DNA of 60,010 nucleotides, counting the filler, from Dugesia japonica (lineage: Eukaryota), in assembly GCA_001938525.1 (NCBI GenBank). It is 5 parts of 5 records of this genome, joined end to end, with 100 filler letters (N's around TTAATTAATTAA, not from the genome) between each part and the next. Parts side by side here need not be neighbours in the genome. Positions count along the whole stretch, not along the records: positions 26,047 to 38,824 come from MQRL01646337.1; positions 38,925 to 48,209 come from MQRL01630880.1; 3 more parts are not named here. One strand, written 5' to 3'. Shown here piece by piece: positions 27,660 to 41,793 of this stretch. Below the pieces are notes generated by a model. It was not told the DNA's origin. It made no database searches and worked only from the letters and a program-made list of their open reading frames with translations. The first letter of the stretch is position 1, and every line of letters begins with the position of its first letter. Made by a program: the position numbers and the translations under genes.

Positions 27660-28175
27660 ATTATTAATGACTAATAGCAACGAAAAAGATTTTTTACATG
27701 ATGACAGGTAATGTACACAAAGTTTTAAACCTTTTTTGTAAGCAAAGTAATCTCCCTGATTATAATATGGACAGTAAATATTATCTGGTATACATAATTG
27801 TAATTGTTCATTTAAGTTATAATTGACAATTCTAAGACTCGAGAAAATATGCTTGAGAGTATTGATTTTCTTTCCAATCACGTGATCATTCACATAAAAC
27901 AATAAATCATTAGAAATTGCTTTCAAGTCATTGAGAATTCGAATTTGATCAAATTTACAATCTCCATTAATCCACCTGAGATGATGACCTCAGAGTCGTA
28001 AGTATTCATTAGTTGTTTGAGCAGATTTTGATATACTACCCATTTATTCCGTCATGACAAACATGTAATAAAAATGTTAAAGAATATTCTCCACATCAAT
28101 TATACATAATTTTTTAATTAAATAGTCACCATTATTATCCTGAAAGACTTCATAATCAATAAAAAACAATTTTTA
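27660..28175 (-). pseudogene. DEDD/DnaQ-like 3'-5' exonuclease of the Maverick
   Basis: FIDYEVFQDNNGDYLIKKLCII..HFYYMF..AQTTNEYL..GHHLRWINGD continuing in frame into ORF 27582-27926; in-frame stops. Confidence 0.6.
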
Positions 28176-28195
28176 AATATTTATTGATTATCACA

Positions 28196-28435
28196 TTAAC
28201 ATTGTTTATACTGGGATTTGAGCCTTTTCATACAATATTGTCCACATAGAAATGTCAATAGATTCTGATACATGATTTGATTGTATTCGACACAATGTTG
28301 CATAAGCTCCAATTTTGTTACCAGCAATGGTGAATAAAACATACCCATTGGATCAAATACATGAATAATACTTGGTTAGACATGAATAGCAATCCAATGC
28401 TCGCATTTCCAATACTTGACGATGTCCAATTATAA
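28196..28435 (-). pseudogene. Adenain-like cysteine protease (C-terminal part)
   Basis: EHWIAIH, VFDPMG and YQNLLTFLCGQYC give His/Asp/Gln/Cys in adenoviral-protease order; frameshifted, N-terminus deleted. Confidence 0.8.
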
Positions 28436-28439
28436 CTGA

Positions 28440-29408
<969 letters not shown>

Positions 29409-29410
<2 letters not shown>

Positions 29411-29795
29411 AGTTTTTCCGTCGTCTTTTGTTTATAGTCAATGTTATTTTATTTTTCCGTTTACGTATTACACTGCCATGCTGTCCATCAACAAATTGTT
29501 TTAATGCATTAAGTGCCTTTTCCTTCACATCCGGCAACATATTCATTGCTTGGTTCTTCATATATTCTTTAAATGACTGGTTCTTGCTTATAACATCATC
29601 AACAGCTTTTAGTTCTGCTCGCCCCACAGACTTTCCCATTGAAAGTCCAAATTTCTGTAAAATTGGAATTGCAAAACGTCCAATTCTGTGCAGACAACTT
29701 TTACCACCTTGTTGTTGTTGACTACCGATAAAGTATGGCAAGTCTCCACCCATTTGTGGACGACTATACCTTGTGATAATAGCTCGATCAACCAT
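29409..29795 (-). CDS. Maverick basic core-like protein (adenovirus pVII/pX-like)
   Basis: MGGDLPYFIGSQQQQGG..LHRIGRFAIPILQK, QHGS motif and K/R-rich tail; located between penton and MCP. Confidence 0.7.
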
Positions 29796-29827
29796 TGCAA
29801 TAATGAATCACATGGTAATCAAATTGT

Positions 29828-31214
29828 TTATACTTGTGGAAAATGTGGAAAATGTAGAGTTAAACTTGTTTTTTATCCATATGGAAAATCAATCAATCTT
29901 CCCGCTTCATCACGTATGTTCACTTCAATTTTGTTGAGGGACGATGAAGATACAGGTAAATACATCGGATTTTCAACTCTTACATGTACAACATCACCAA
30001 ATGAATGCTTGTTACTATCAACCCATATACTCCTCAAAAGTGGCACGCGTACATCACCAACCAGGATTGGATCGACTATTGATATATTTGCCTGGTACCA
30101 CCATGTAATAACGGTTTATACAAACCCTTTACTTGTTCTGTAGACTTGTAGAATTTCGCAGAAGGAAGACCGAGTATAAGAAAAAGACTCTCATCGAAGG
30201 ATACATATTCAACATTATTAAGTAATTTAAACGTGACAAGTCCAAATTTTGAATCTTTAACAAATTCTTTAAATATTCTATGGAATAATTTTATAAATGA
30301 TGTAACCAGATTATCCAGATCCGTAACCATTAAATTACTTTCAAATTCAAAATAATTCATTTCTGTTTTGATTTCAGTAAATTTTAATTTAACATCAGTT
30401 TTGGCAATATTATCAAAATTATCAATATTATTAGTATCTGATTCGATAAATGAATCCATCGGTTTGTTTTTCATCTTTTGCGAATTAAACCCCAGTAACC
30501 GAGCATCAAACAATGAATTAAACTCCCATTCCATATTGCAATCAGATTTGATAATTATTTTCTTTTGGTCATTAATACTGATTTTGCAATTCTTTTTATT
30601 TTTCAACTTAGAAACAACAGGTTTTCCATTTTTAATCTCAATATTTACATTTTCTTCCATTTTTTTATTTTAGCCTTTCCTTTATCAATAGTATTAAACT
30701 TTAATTTTAAAGATATNNNNNNNNNNNNNNNNNNNNNNNNNNNNNNATCAGATTCAATAACTGAAACTAATGGCTTTTTAGTTTTGGTATTGGTTAAATT
30801 AAATCCAAAATTTTTAGCATCTGATAACGATTTAAACTCCATTTCTAATAGGCAATCTGTTTTTAATATTACTTTCTTTTCAANNNNNNNNNNNNNNNNN
30901 NNNNNNNNNNNNNNNNNNNNNNNNNNNNNNNNNATTTATTGGTAGGGACGGTATTATTAAGTTGAAGACTACCATTTACAATACTTAATTGAAATTTATC
31001 TTCAATTCCATTATCCTTCTTTTTTATATTCAATTTTTGAACTTTTCCGTATGGTCTGTGGACAATAATTGAAAACAAATTCTGTCATGGCATCTTCACA
31101 ACGGTCATCTTTTAAATAGATGTCATTCTCATAGTGAACCAAATACCTGCTTACATTATTATCAGGTCAAGTTCTTGGGCAACTATTGCTTGGCAAAACC
31201 ATATAGAAACTCAT
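29828..31214 (-). pseudogene. Maverick minor capsid protein (penton)
   Basis: N-terminus MSFYMVLPSNSCPRT*PDNNVSRY; C-terminus VGDVRVPLLRSI..MYLPVSSSSLNKIEVNIRDEAGRLIDF..TSLTLHF. Confidence 0.85.
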
Positions 31215-31229
31215 TATTGGATTTGAGAT

Positions 31230-32230
31230 GCTTGAATCTACGTAGGCTTTAAATATCCATGCCAATCAACTAGATATTGTTTATATTGTCCTTGAACTTT
31301 GGTTTTGGGAGTTGATTTGATTCGATATATACTTGGTTTTCCCGACACACTTGCAATTCCTGCTCATAAAATTTGCCTTGAGTAATATTTACATATTTAT
31401 CATGTATTACATACATGACTGGGGTTTGTTTCATGTTGATTTTCGAGATTTGAAAGACTTCATCACTCCAATTATTATCAAAGTTTTTAATGAATATCGT
31501 AGTACTAATTCGAGAAATCCGTACATGTTGACTAATTTTATATTTTGGTTTTGGATTTTTATTGATGAAATACTGTGTATCATCATCATCATCTGTATCA
31601 TCAACTGGTTTTCGTCCCCCAATACCTCTGTGCTCAGAATGGTTGTATGCATAAATCATTTTTGGTGAAACATGCATCCATTTTTTGTTACCTTGTTTGG
31701 TAAAGAGCCTGTTTAATCGTGTGCGTAGTGTTCGATTAAATTGCTCATCTAGAGCAGCCTTGTACTTAAAAAATACTGAATAATACAGTATACCATATTG
31801 TTTCAATAATGATTTGACGTGAGTATTGTAAAACTCTTTACCCAAATTGGTTCGAATAGCTTTCGGATGAACATCTTTGAACATTGCAGTCAAAGCCAAC
31901 AACATATCTTTACCAGATTTTCGTTTTACTGGAAATATCAATATCATCAGTAAATGCATCAACACATGTCAAAATATATCTATAATCATTATTTATGCTT
32001 GTATATGGAATAATTTCCATCAAATCTATTTACCACAGTCTATTAACTCTTACATCAAAGAATTTCCGTGTTGGAAACCGTTTTCGCATTGGTCTATTCA
32101 AACTATACTCCAATTAGTTACATAACCATTTCTTTGTCTCTTTTACCGAAACATGTGCAGCATTTCCAAGCTTTGAAATACCGATGTATCTAACTGGCTC
32201 CGTTGAATGGTACCATAGTTGTTCCATCAT
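31230..32230 (-). pseudogene. Maverick retroviral-type (rve) integrase
   Basis: MEQLWYHSTEPVRYIG..KKWL..YSLNRPMRKRFPTR; PKAIRTNLGKEFYN; FNRTLRTRL; YNHSEHRGIG; NWSDEVFQI; GKFYEQELQ. Confidence 0.92.
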
Positions 32231-32326
32231 CTAGATCGAACAAAATACACAAAAAATATTTAGTGAAATGTCTGGAATATTAAAAGAAGGTGCAACAACG
32301 ATTTATATTTCAAAATCAACAAGAAA

Positions 32327-32810
32327 TTAAATTGTTAATACAGAATCAATAGTTTTCCTTTTAGCATATCCTGTAGCAGCCACAACTGCCCCATTTGTAG
32401 CCACCTTTCCCAATAAACTTAGAATCAATAAAAGAGTAGTCCAAACAAATTCATTTCCATTTTTCCATAATAAACTTGTTTTTGTTCTTCTTTTTTTCTT
32501 TTTGTACGGGAAAATGTCTTTCAAGTATTTGTTTCTTTGCTGCCAAATTCATTGCTTTTGCCATATCTAGAAGAGCTTCTTGGTACTTTTTCAATCAATA
32601 CTTTCCTCTTTTGTGACCTACATCGACTCGATCCAAAACAATTTGTTGCAAAACACCACTGGAATAATTCATAACAAATTCCGGCATCGAATGTATAATT
32701 TGCCATCAAGAATTTGATGGAACCCTTAAAATTGCCTTAAAGTATGGAATACTTTGAGAGAATTGTCTCAAATTACCAGCGCCACTACCCTTTTGTTTGA
32801 TGACAACATT
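32327..32810 (-). pseudogene. Maverick conserved ORF with Gly-motif plus hydrophobic C-terminus (pVI-like candidate)
   Basis: Frameshifted ORF ending KNGNEFVWTTLLLILSLLGKVATNGAVVAATG, positioned between ATPase and integrase. Confidence 0.45.
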
Positions 32811-32823
32811 TTTTTATATTGAT

Positions 32824-33300
32824 TCATTTCTTGTTTCTTTTATTAAGTACTATTATTCCTTTCAAATTGAATATATTGGTTTTTACTCGTTCATCATCAG
32901 GTAATTGTTGCATAAAATCAGTAAATAAATATCCATGTGATTTCTTTGTAACATCACGAAGTGCATCTGATAAAAAGCCTTTATTGTGAGGAAATGCTTG
33001 ACGAGAAATATAGTCAACCACAGTTCTATCGCGTGGACTTTCGAATAAAATCAAATAATGGATATTTAAATTACGTTTTCGATGCATACCGCTTTGATGA
33101 AAAGGATTTTGGGTGATAAAGCTGACATTTACATTAATATGACAAGCAGTTTTTGTAAAAAGCTTATAAAAATCAGTCAGCTTATTTGCCTCTTGAAACA
33201 GGTAATTAATTACATCAACATCCCCAGTATTTAATCTCTTTAACCAATTATCATCGAATCTATATATTATTGTAATCTTTCTTAACTTTCAAAATTCACC
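32824..33300 (-). pseudogene. A32/FtsK-like DNA packaging ATPase (C-terminal part)
   Basis: FITQNPFHQSGMHRKRNLNIHYLILFESPRDRTVVDYISRQAFP..GYLFTDF..RVKTNIF; Walker A not recognisable. Confidence 0.88.
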
Positions 33301-33536
33301 ATTAGTCAAGCCAACTTTACTTCCACCACCGTGGTGACAATAAATATGTTTGAACTTTGTCCGAAACAATTTGCTTTTTAGTAATTTACAAACAAATAAT
33401 GTTTCCCNCTTCCACTGGGACCGACTATTTGAAAAACCACGTTGTTTTGTAGTAACATTTTACAGAAACCATAAAAATGATTTTGTTTATATGAAAAGAG
33501 TATATAAACACATGGTTATTGATCATTTATCAAACA

Positions 33537-33993
33537 ATGTTATCAAATATTAATTACAGAGCTCATCTAATTGATTCACCTTCAGATCTTTGATACATGG
33601 CAGAAACCCAGACAGTGTGTAGTGAAAATGAAAGATTATTCAGTAATTGTTTTTGAATCTGGAAAATGTCGAATCGTGGGATGCAAAAAATCAATTACAG
33701 ATAAACAAATCCCTTGCAAAAATATGAATTTCCAAAAAGGTGGTATTCAAGCAATTACCGTAACATGTGATCTTGGACAAAGGGTGAATTTATATAAATT
33801 GAGCAGTGTATTAGATTGTTGATTCGAACCAGAATTATTTTCTGCATTAAGAGTCAACAAATACAAGCCATTATGTGTCAATGTTTTTGCGAGTGGAAAA
33901 GTTGTTATTCTTGGACTAAAATCATTGGATTTTCATGAAATTATCAAAACAATCGCATAATATATTCATCATTGTTTAAATGAATCAAATTAG
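33537..33993 (+). pseudogene. Intronless minimal TATA-binding-protein (TBP)-like gene inside the Maverick
   Basis: MLSNINYRAHL / SVIVFESGKCRIVGCK / IQAITVTCDLGQRVNLYKL / *FEPELFSALRV..LCVNVFASGKVVILGLK match both TBP core repeats; one frameshift, stops at 33820 and 33958. Confidence 0.82.
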
Positions 33994-34044
33994 TTATTAA
34001 AGATTATTATGTATAAATTTCTTTTATTATTTTGCAATTTCACA

Positions 34045-34455
34045 ATGAACTATCAACAACAAAATGAATTGGAACATCAACCAACTGTTCGGAAATTTAA
34101 AAATCACCATTTCTATTTGCTGGATAAGCTGATAATTGTCAATACTGAAGACAGTGTAGAAATTGAAAAATCAAAAAATCTGTATCTAATAAAGAATATG
34201 AGTAGACGCGATCTCGATAAAATGAAGCAAGCAATAAAACAGTTGGATGCTGATTTCGAGTTTAAAGAACAATCTTTTCATCAATTTTACTTACCGGGTA
34301 AAAAAAACAATTTTAAATGTTATTGGTCGAAAAATGGAAAAATGTCGAAATCAATAAAATGTCGACTTGAAATTGCTCTGAATGGTTTTAAACAAATGAT
34401 CCATAAAAAGGTTCCTTTGTGGGACATTAAACAATTAATATATGATTATGAATGA
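34045..34455 (+). CDS. Intact hypothetical Maverick ORF (~136 aa), possible OB-fold ssDNA-binding protein
   Basis: Uninterrupted ORF in AT-rich DNA, TATAAA ~30 nt upstream of ATG 34045; beta-rich C-terminus CRLEIALNGFK..PLWDIKQL; function is inference. Confidence 0.55.
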   Translation: MNYQQQNELEHQPTVRKFKNHHFYLLDKLIIVNTEDSVEIEKSKNLYLIKNMSRRDLDKMKQAIKQLDADFEFKEQSFHQFYLPGKKNNFKCYWSKNGKMSKSIKCRLEIALNGFKQMIHKKVPLWDIKQLIYDYE

Positions 34456-34584
34456 ATGATGTTGTTAATGCATGTTTATTTTTATAATATAATTTGATAT
34501 AAATTTTTATTTATTGTTTTTTTAAAATTAGATTAAATGTCTAACAATATAAATTATAATAAAGATAAATTATAGAAATTGCTG

Positions 34585-34606
34585 TAATAATAATTATAAT
34601 TATAAC

Positions 34607-34658
<52 letters not shown>

Positions 34659-34708
34659 NNNNNNNNNNNNNNNNNNNNNNNNNNNNNNNNNNNNNNNNNN
34701 NNNNNNNN

Positions 34709-34775
<67 letters not shown>

Positions 34776-34778
34776 TAA
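34585..34778. repeat. (AAT)n microsatellite
   Basis: Direct. Confidence 0.95.
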
Positions 34779-37184
34779 TGGTTTCACCTCAGATTATACA
34801 AAGTTTATCATGGTAAATACTGAAGTCATTACAGAATATATAAGATTTATCATAAAAAAATTGACACATCAACATAGCAAATAAACATTCCGTCATGGAA
34901 AAAAAATATAAGTTCAACATGAAAAATGGACTTCGTCATATAAAATGCAGAAATTACTACGAAATATACAGCTTTCATTATAGAACTTATTTAAACTACA
35001 CTTAAAATGTGCAAGTTTAATTTTAAAATGCAAGTTCTAAGCTTAAAATTAGTAAGTTTAAAATTCATCAGCCTAATAATTATTAGGTTTTGAAACTCTT
35101 ATGCCTGACATTCTTAAGTTTAAAATTCTTTTATTTATAATTAGTAAAATAATATTTGTTTTGTCATGTTAAATTAAAAATATGGTTGACAATAAATTAA
35201 TTTATTATATATAAATTATTTTTTTAGTTGAATTAGTTAAATATGTCCGGAATGAAAAAGTGTGTGCATTGATTGCATGTATGAGCAAGATGCACATATT
35301 ATTTCATCACTATTTTTGTAAATCAATTTACAAGTAAGCATTTTGTTTAATTGTCTTATTTAATTTTAATTTTATTTTAGATTATTTATGAATCAATTAT
35401 GAAAAGAATTCTGGAAAATTATTATGAATTATTGGAAATATGAAAACTTTATATGAATTATGGACAATCTTATTGGAAATAAGAAAGATCATTATAAATT
35501 TTTATTAACCATGCAAATAAGTACAGGTATATCTTTTATTTAATGGTAATATTTTGTTAAATAATAATAATTTTTCTTAATCATTTTTATAAAGCAGCAA
35601 TGATTTTTTTAATGGTAATTATTTTGTAATAATTTAAAATAATTAAATTTTTGTAATGCTTTCCTTTAATGGTAATGAATATAATTAATAAAACTTAATA
35701 TGAAGGACCGGAAGTACTGCCACTGGAGATGCACATAAATAATTGAGTTTAGTCTAGTTACAACTATGCAAATTAATCGATAAATTTAATAATGAATGGA
35801 CTCGGTTGGATGACAACGTTTTGTGCGTTTACGATTTGAGACTGGATGTGAACGTTTGCAATAGTTGCAGCGTGATTGTACATGTTGGAGGAGGTAATGA
35901 CTCAAAAACAAAACTGGTATTGAAACAATGTATAAGAATCATTTTTAATGATATTATTGATAATAATTTAACTTAAAAATACAAAACTAACAATGATTTT
36001 TCTTAATGGACTATATAATTTTAATATTGTCCAAGGGGCAACCAATGTTGATAGTAATATTGCCCAAAGACCACTGATATATTGTAAATATTGTTTGAGG
36101 AGGACTTAGCTTAACTATCTAAAAATAGGATTAATTTAAACAAAAAATCGTTTTTCTCACCTATTTTCTATAAAAAATATCCGTCAAAGTATTAATTTCA
36201 CTTAATTTAAACATAGAATCATAAAAAATCTATCAATTTAAACAAAACATTTAATTTAACAAAGATGAATCATCCAAAATTTGGGCCAGTTGACCTTGAT
36301 CTTGAAAGAAAACCCTCTAGTGACCTCATCAAGGAACATCGATTACTCAAAAAAATTTAGAAACCTTAAAAAATAGTTTAACCAATCAAAAGCTTAAAAA
36401 TCAACACACTTAATTTGTGACCAATTAAAAAACTTAAATTTTCATACTTGATCTTTAAAAAAAATTGGAAGGACGGGGTCTATCTACTAAATGCGATTAC
36501 GGAAAGAAGGATCAATGACCGCCATATGATGAAGACACAGAAAACGAATGGGTAAAAGGAGGACAATAAGATGATTATAGTGAAGAAACAATTTATTAAA
36601 TAAATATTTTAAATCAAACTAAACGTATTTTTTTAATTCGGAAATATTATAGACAACATCCAAAATACGAAATTTTTATTACATATCAAATAATTAAAAA
36701 TTACTCATGGAAATAAATTTTAAGTTAAAAATTATAAATTCCATATATTCTAATATCAATGTGTTTCCATAGAGAATTTCAATACTAATATCATCTGGGG
36801 AGTATACGAATATTAACATCCAACGAGAAGAAATCGGCAATAATAATAATAAGGATAACAATATAAGTAAACTCCGATAAAATACATTAGTTTTACCCAG
36901 GACTGACTCGAGAGGTATTAGCGCCTTCATACATTTTTCATTTTAGTAACCCTATTTCAATTGAACTAGTATTTCCTAGTAGAAAATATAAATAAATAAA
37001 GAGCGTAATGAAAACAACAAAAATTAAACATTAAATATGAATGTTTTAAAGAAAATAAATTTAATTATCAAAGAACAAATAATTAAAGAATATCGAAATA
37101 CAAAAAAGCTGTTAAAAACATAAAGAAATAGGATAAACATAAAATCCAAAATCGAAATAATACAAAAACAAATATAAATTAAAA

Positions 37185-38125
37185 ATTTACTTTTCGTGCT
37201 TTTATACCTAAAGAAACCTTTCAATAATCTACTTTGTGTTAATGTCCGCAGATATATCGTGTTCAATTGATATGATAGCTAACTTTTCCAGTAACTTTTT
37301 TAGTGATCGACGACCTTTCTTCGGTTGTTACATACTAACAATGTCAGTAAAATTCTTCTCGAAATTATTATATTAGTAAAAGGAGATTCCAGTTTATTTA
37401 CATGTAAATAGTTTTAAAAATCCATGACAATGTCCTCATTTGAATTTTTTTACATATTCTTTTAATATTTTAATATCAATTGCTGAAATACTTTGTACTT
37501 CTACATCCAATCACATAATTTCTAAATCTTTGCAATGATTTTTTAATGTGTCATCGTCTAATTAACTTTAAAGTTATAAAAAATATTTGTTTGCTTCGTT
37601 AGAAGATCAAATCTTTCTTCTAAGGTGGCAATTACCATGTCCAGAATTGTGTAAAAAAAAGAAACCTTAAATTTAGTTTTCGCATCAACTGATAGTTAAT
37701 TCGGTTTTTCCTATTCAAAAAACCGCTTTTGCGTCTTAACGTATTTTCTTTAAATTTTTGAGATATTTCTAAATCTGAAACAAGTATTTTTGCAAGAGCA
37801 GCTTCAAAATTTTCACCAGATCGATATTTTTGATAAATATTTGTAAACTTTTTAATGTATTTATGGAACTATTTAGATATTTGGCAGCATTTTACTTACT
37901 GCATTTATTTTGCTCAAAATAACAAGTCAGATTATTATTGAACATGTAAATTCAAAATGTTAAATTTTAAAAGCAAAGGGTTTCCTTTGAGGTATTATAT
38001 TATTGTCCGTGTTTTTAATTTCATAAATTTCGACCAAAGAATCTAAAGTTTCAACGATGTTATGTCGAAATGATAGAATAGCATCGATTCTCACTTCCCA
38101 TTTAGTATCGGCTAAGTATTTAGTG
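37185..38125 (-). mobile_element. hAT (ZMYM1-like) transposase C-terminal remnant
   Basis: LADTKWEVRIDAI (cf. LSDTRWESR), FKVSFFYTILDMVIATLEERFD, dimerisation-domain LAIISIEHDISADIN..KARKVNF. Confidence 0.8.
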
Positions 38126-38924
38126 TAATAGTAGATAGATAGGTGTAAACTGCCACAAAAACCACGCCCCGAGGTAGAATTTTTTGTGGCAGAAATTTGA
38201 TTGGTCGCACATATGTTTTCTGCAATTTGACTAGTCCGAATTTTTTAGTGTGATTGCGTAACTGTGGCAGGAATACTGCAATTTCATTGTTGGAAACTGG
38301 TGTGTTGATTACGTGCTTCTATGGTTACGCAATTATTGCGCAATAGTAAAGTAATGATTACGCTATTATTATATTTGTTTTAATTGATGATTATTTAATA
38401 ATTTTTCGTTTAAATGAGGTCAAATTATTTATTTTTTGTGTAAATTAACTGAATTTATTTATTTTCTCTTTAAATTAGGTGAAATTAATTATTTCTTGTT
38501 TGAATTAAGCAAAATTATAATCTAACATATAAATATTCGAAACCAACTTATTAAAATTAACTTAATACATTCAATAAAATCAATACATTTAATTATTTAA
38601 TAATATTAAGCCCATAATATATTTAATCTATTTAACACATTCGATATCATCTATCAATTCCTCAAAATGACCTAATGTATTAAAGACATTCATTACATTC
38701 GACCTATTTATTTAATCAATTTTACTTGATTACTCTATTCAATACCAGCATAAAGCCGAAGAACACGTCAAGCATACTAAGTAGATAGATAAAGGCGGAC
38801 CGCACCACGCACACAATCAGTAACNNNNNNNNNNNNNNNNNNNNNNNNNNNNNNNNNNNNNNNNNNNNTTAATTAATTAANNNNNNNNNNNNNNNNNNNN
38901 NNNNNNNNNNNNNNNNNNNNNNNN

Positions 38925-40685
38925 TCACCATTAGTATGCGTATGGAATAAAGATAAACAAGATATCCGGTGATGTTTAGATTTCAGGAAGCTGAACACGA
39001 TTACAGAGAGAAAAGCATTCCCAATACCGAATATCGAAGAGATGCTAGATATGCTGAATGGAATGACTTACTTCAGCACGATAGACTTTGCTAATGCTTA
39101 TTTTCAAGTATAATTAGACAGTGAATCTCATGAAAAGACAGCCTTTTCAACTAAAGAAGGTCAAAATGTTTCAACAGAATGCCGTTCGGCATAGTAGCAG
39201 CACCTGGTATGTTTCAGGAGCTGATGGTAAACGTGACAAAAAGCATCAAGGGATCAATGACTTATTTAGATGACATATTAATTTTTCTCTAAGACACCAG
39301 AGGAACATTATGGAATCGTTAAAAGAGTCTTGGACAGCATTAGCGAGACAAGTTTCCGTATTAACCCAGAAAAGTGCATTTTTCTTCAGAAAAAAATTAA
39401 ATTCTTAGGACACATTATCAGCTCAGAAGGAATTCGTATGGATCCGGTAAAAATAGAAGCTATTCAAGCTTTTGGAGAACCATCATGTGTGAAGAAATTA
39501 CATAGCTTCCTGGGCATTTGTAATTATTATAGAAAGTTTATTCGTGGGTATGCAAATAAAGCTAGAAAATTGGAGCTNTTATGTCAGGCTAATACAGAGA
39601 TAGTTTGGCCTTTAAAGCTATCAGATATGTTCAAAGAAATGAAGAAAGCTTTAATTTCTACACCAATTTTAGAATATCCAAATCTGCATGAAAAGTATTT
39701 TTAGACACCAGTGCTAGCTTCGGAACGATTGGTGAGGTGCTGTCGCAGAGGTATGAAGACAGAAATGAAAGAGTGATCGCGTACGGGTCTCATGCAAAGT
39801 CTACCCACGAAGAAGGATATGCACAACTAGTAAGGAACTCCTGGCAGTATATTACTTTTGTTTAAACTTTAAACATTATTTATATGGTTGACGATTTATT
39901 TTAAAAACGGATGACAAAGCGATCACGTTCATGTTGCATACAAAAATGCCAATCACAGCGCAGTTCCAAACCTGGATTAATTTCCTAAGTAGTTTGGACA
40001 TGAAATTGGAATTCAGGAAATGTGAGAATCACATCAATGCATTAAGTAGATTGAACTGTGATAAATGCGGACAGTGTCAATTGGTACACGAGGAGGCAAA
40101 GATGGAAAAGTTGAAGACGAGGAAACTAGCAGAAACTGAGAGAATAAACGAGTTAGACATTGACATGAGTAGAAATAGAATGTCGGAGAAAATTTGGCTA
40201 TCAGAGGAGATAATTGAACAGAAGATTATGGAGATTCATAAATAATTATGTCATACAGACATAGAAAAATCGGAGGAATATATCTGCTCAAAATACGAAG
40301 AAAGACAGTTAAGATCAAGAATTAGAGAGATTATAAGAAGCTGTCAAAAGCCAAAGTTTCGACAAGTACAAGACGCGAAGTAACTAAAGAATCAGACAGT
40401 TACACTCCGTACGAAGTGATGTTTATAAATATTTGTGACCGATTGAAGAAGACGAAGAATATGAAGAAATACATCTTTGGCATGATCGATCAATGTACAA
40501 AGTAGTATTATTGGGTTTAACTAGACATGATGAAGGTACGATTCGAGATTGTATTTGGAAGCACTGGATGTGCGAGAGTGATACGTTCTGATTGTGGGAG
40601 GGTTTTTGAAGGAAAAAAGATGAAATAGTTCGCAGATAAAGTAAATATTACGTGGCAAGTGTCGAGTCCATATCATCATAGGGCT
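38925..40685 (+). mobile_element. Gypsy pol remnant (RT, RNase H, integrase)
   Basis: LDFRKLN, YFSTIDFANAYFQ, MPFG, YLDDILIFS, FLGHIISSEGI, SFLGICNYYRKFI, SSPYHH; same family as 13925 and 24188 copies. Confidence 0.92.
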
Positions 40686-41793
40686 AAATATTTAAATTTA
40701 AAATTCTTTCTATTAAATTAAAAATTTTATTTTATTATTACAATTATTGTGAGAATAATTGTTGGACTTAACCATTGATTGGATTTGAGATTTCATTAAA
40801 ATAAGATAAGNNNNNNNNNNNNNNNNNNNNNNNNNNNNNNNNNNNNNNNNNNNNNNNNNNATAAGGCTTCGATCAAAACAAAACAAAATTTATTTGTAAA
40901 AAAAGTTCAAATTTTCGACAATAGTCTTCTTTTAGATTATTAAATTACAAATTGCAACAATTAGATTTTACATTTACATTAATAATATTAATTTGATAAT
41001 TTCTAATTTTACATTTTTTAAAACATTGAAAAAATTTACGCTTTTCTTAAAATACTTAATAATTATTATTGTAATTTAATTATAATAAATTAAGGTTATT
41101 ATCATAATAAAATTAATAATAATAAAATGAATAAAATAATTTGATAAAATATTGAATGATACATAAATATTATATCTGTCATTTTATTAGGAAAATATTT
41201 ATGATAATTATTTAGATAATTATATTTGATGAATTTACTTGCAATTTTGCAGCTTAGTCATAGCAACATGACCGGGATTAGCTAAACAAATTAATATTTT
41301 ACTCCAATATTACTAGAAATTCTGATTTCCGTAGATATTGAATCAAGTAAATATTTTCTTATTGAATCACACAGGTGGGTCGATTACAATTGTTTTATGA
41401 TCTCCATATATTATCAAATGTTGCATTCATTCTTTTTGTAAAAAATATATGTTACTAAAGAAAGTTTTTGGCAAAATCCTTACGGTGATTATTTTTAAAT
41501 TGAAACACAACATTTTAATTTTATTTCGTCATTAAAAATGAAAATGCATTTTGTGACTGCAGATATTCACAAATATTAAAATAATACTTTTACGGAGAAT
41601 ATTAAATTTTTACAAATATTTGACTTTTATATTTCAGCAATAAATTTATTAAAAAATTGTTTACTATCACCAAATATTTTTCACAAATTCTTCAACCAGA
41701 TTATTACAGAAACGATGAGGAGTACATGAAAATTATTTTAAGAATATACTAATCATTTGGTAAAAATTAATTTCTGTCTTGTTATTATAGATA

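Noticed and set aside
35228-36110. Exon-like pieces with a GT-AG intron at ~35334-35380 and a possible transposase scrap
   Set aside because: No consistent reading frame or recognisable family
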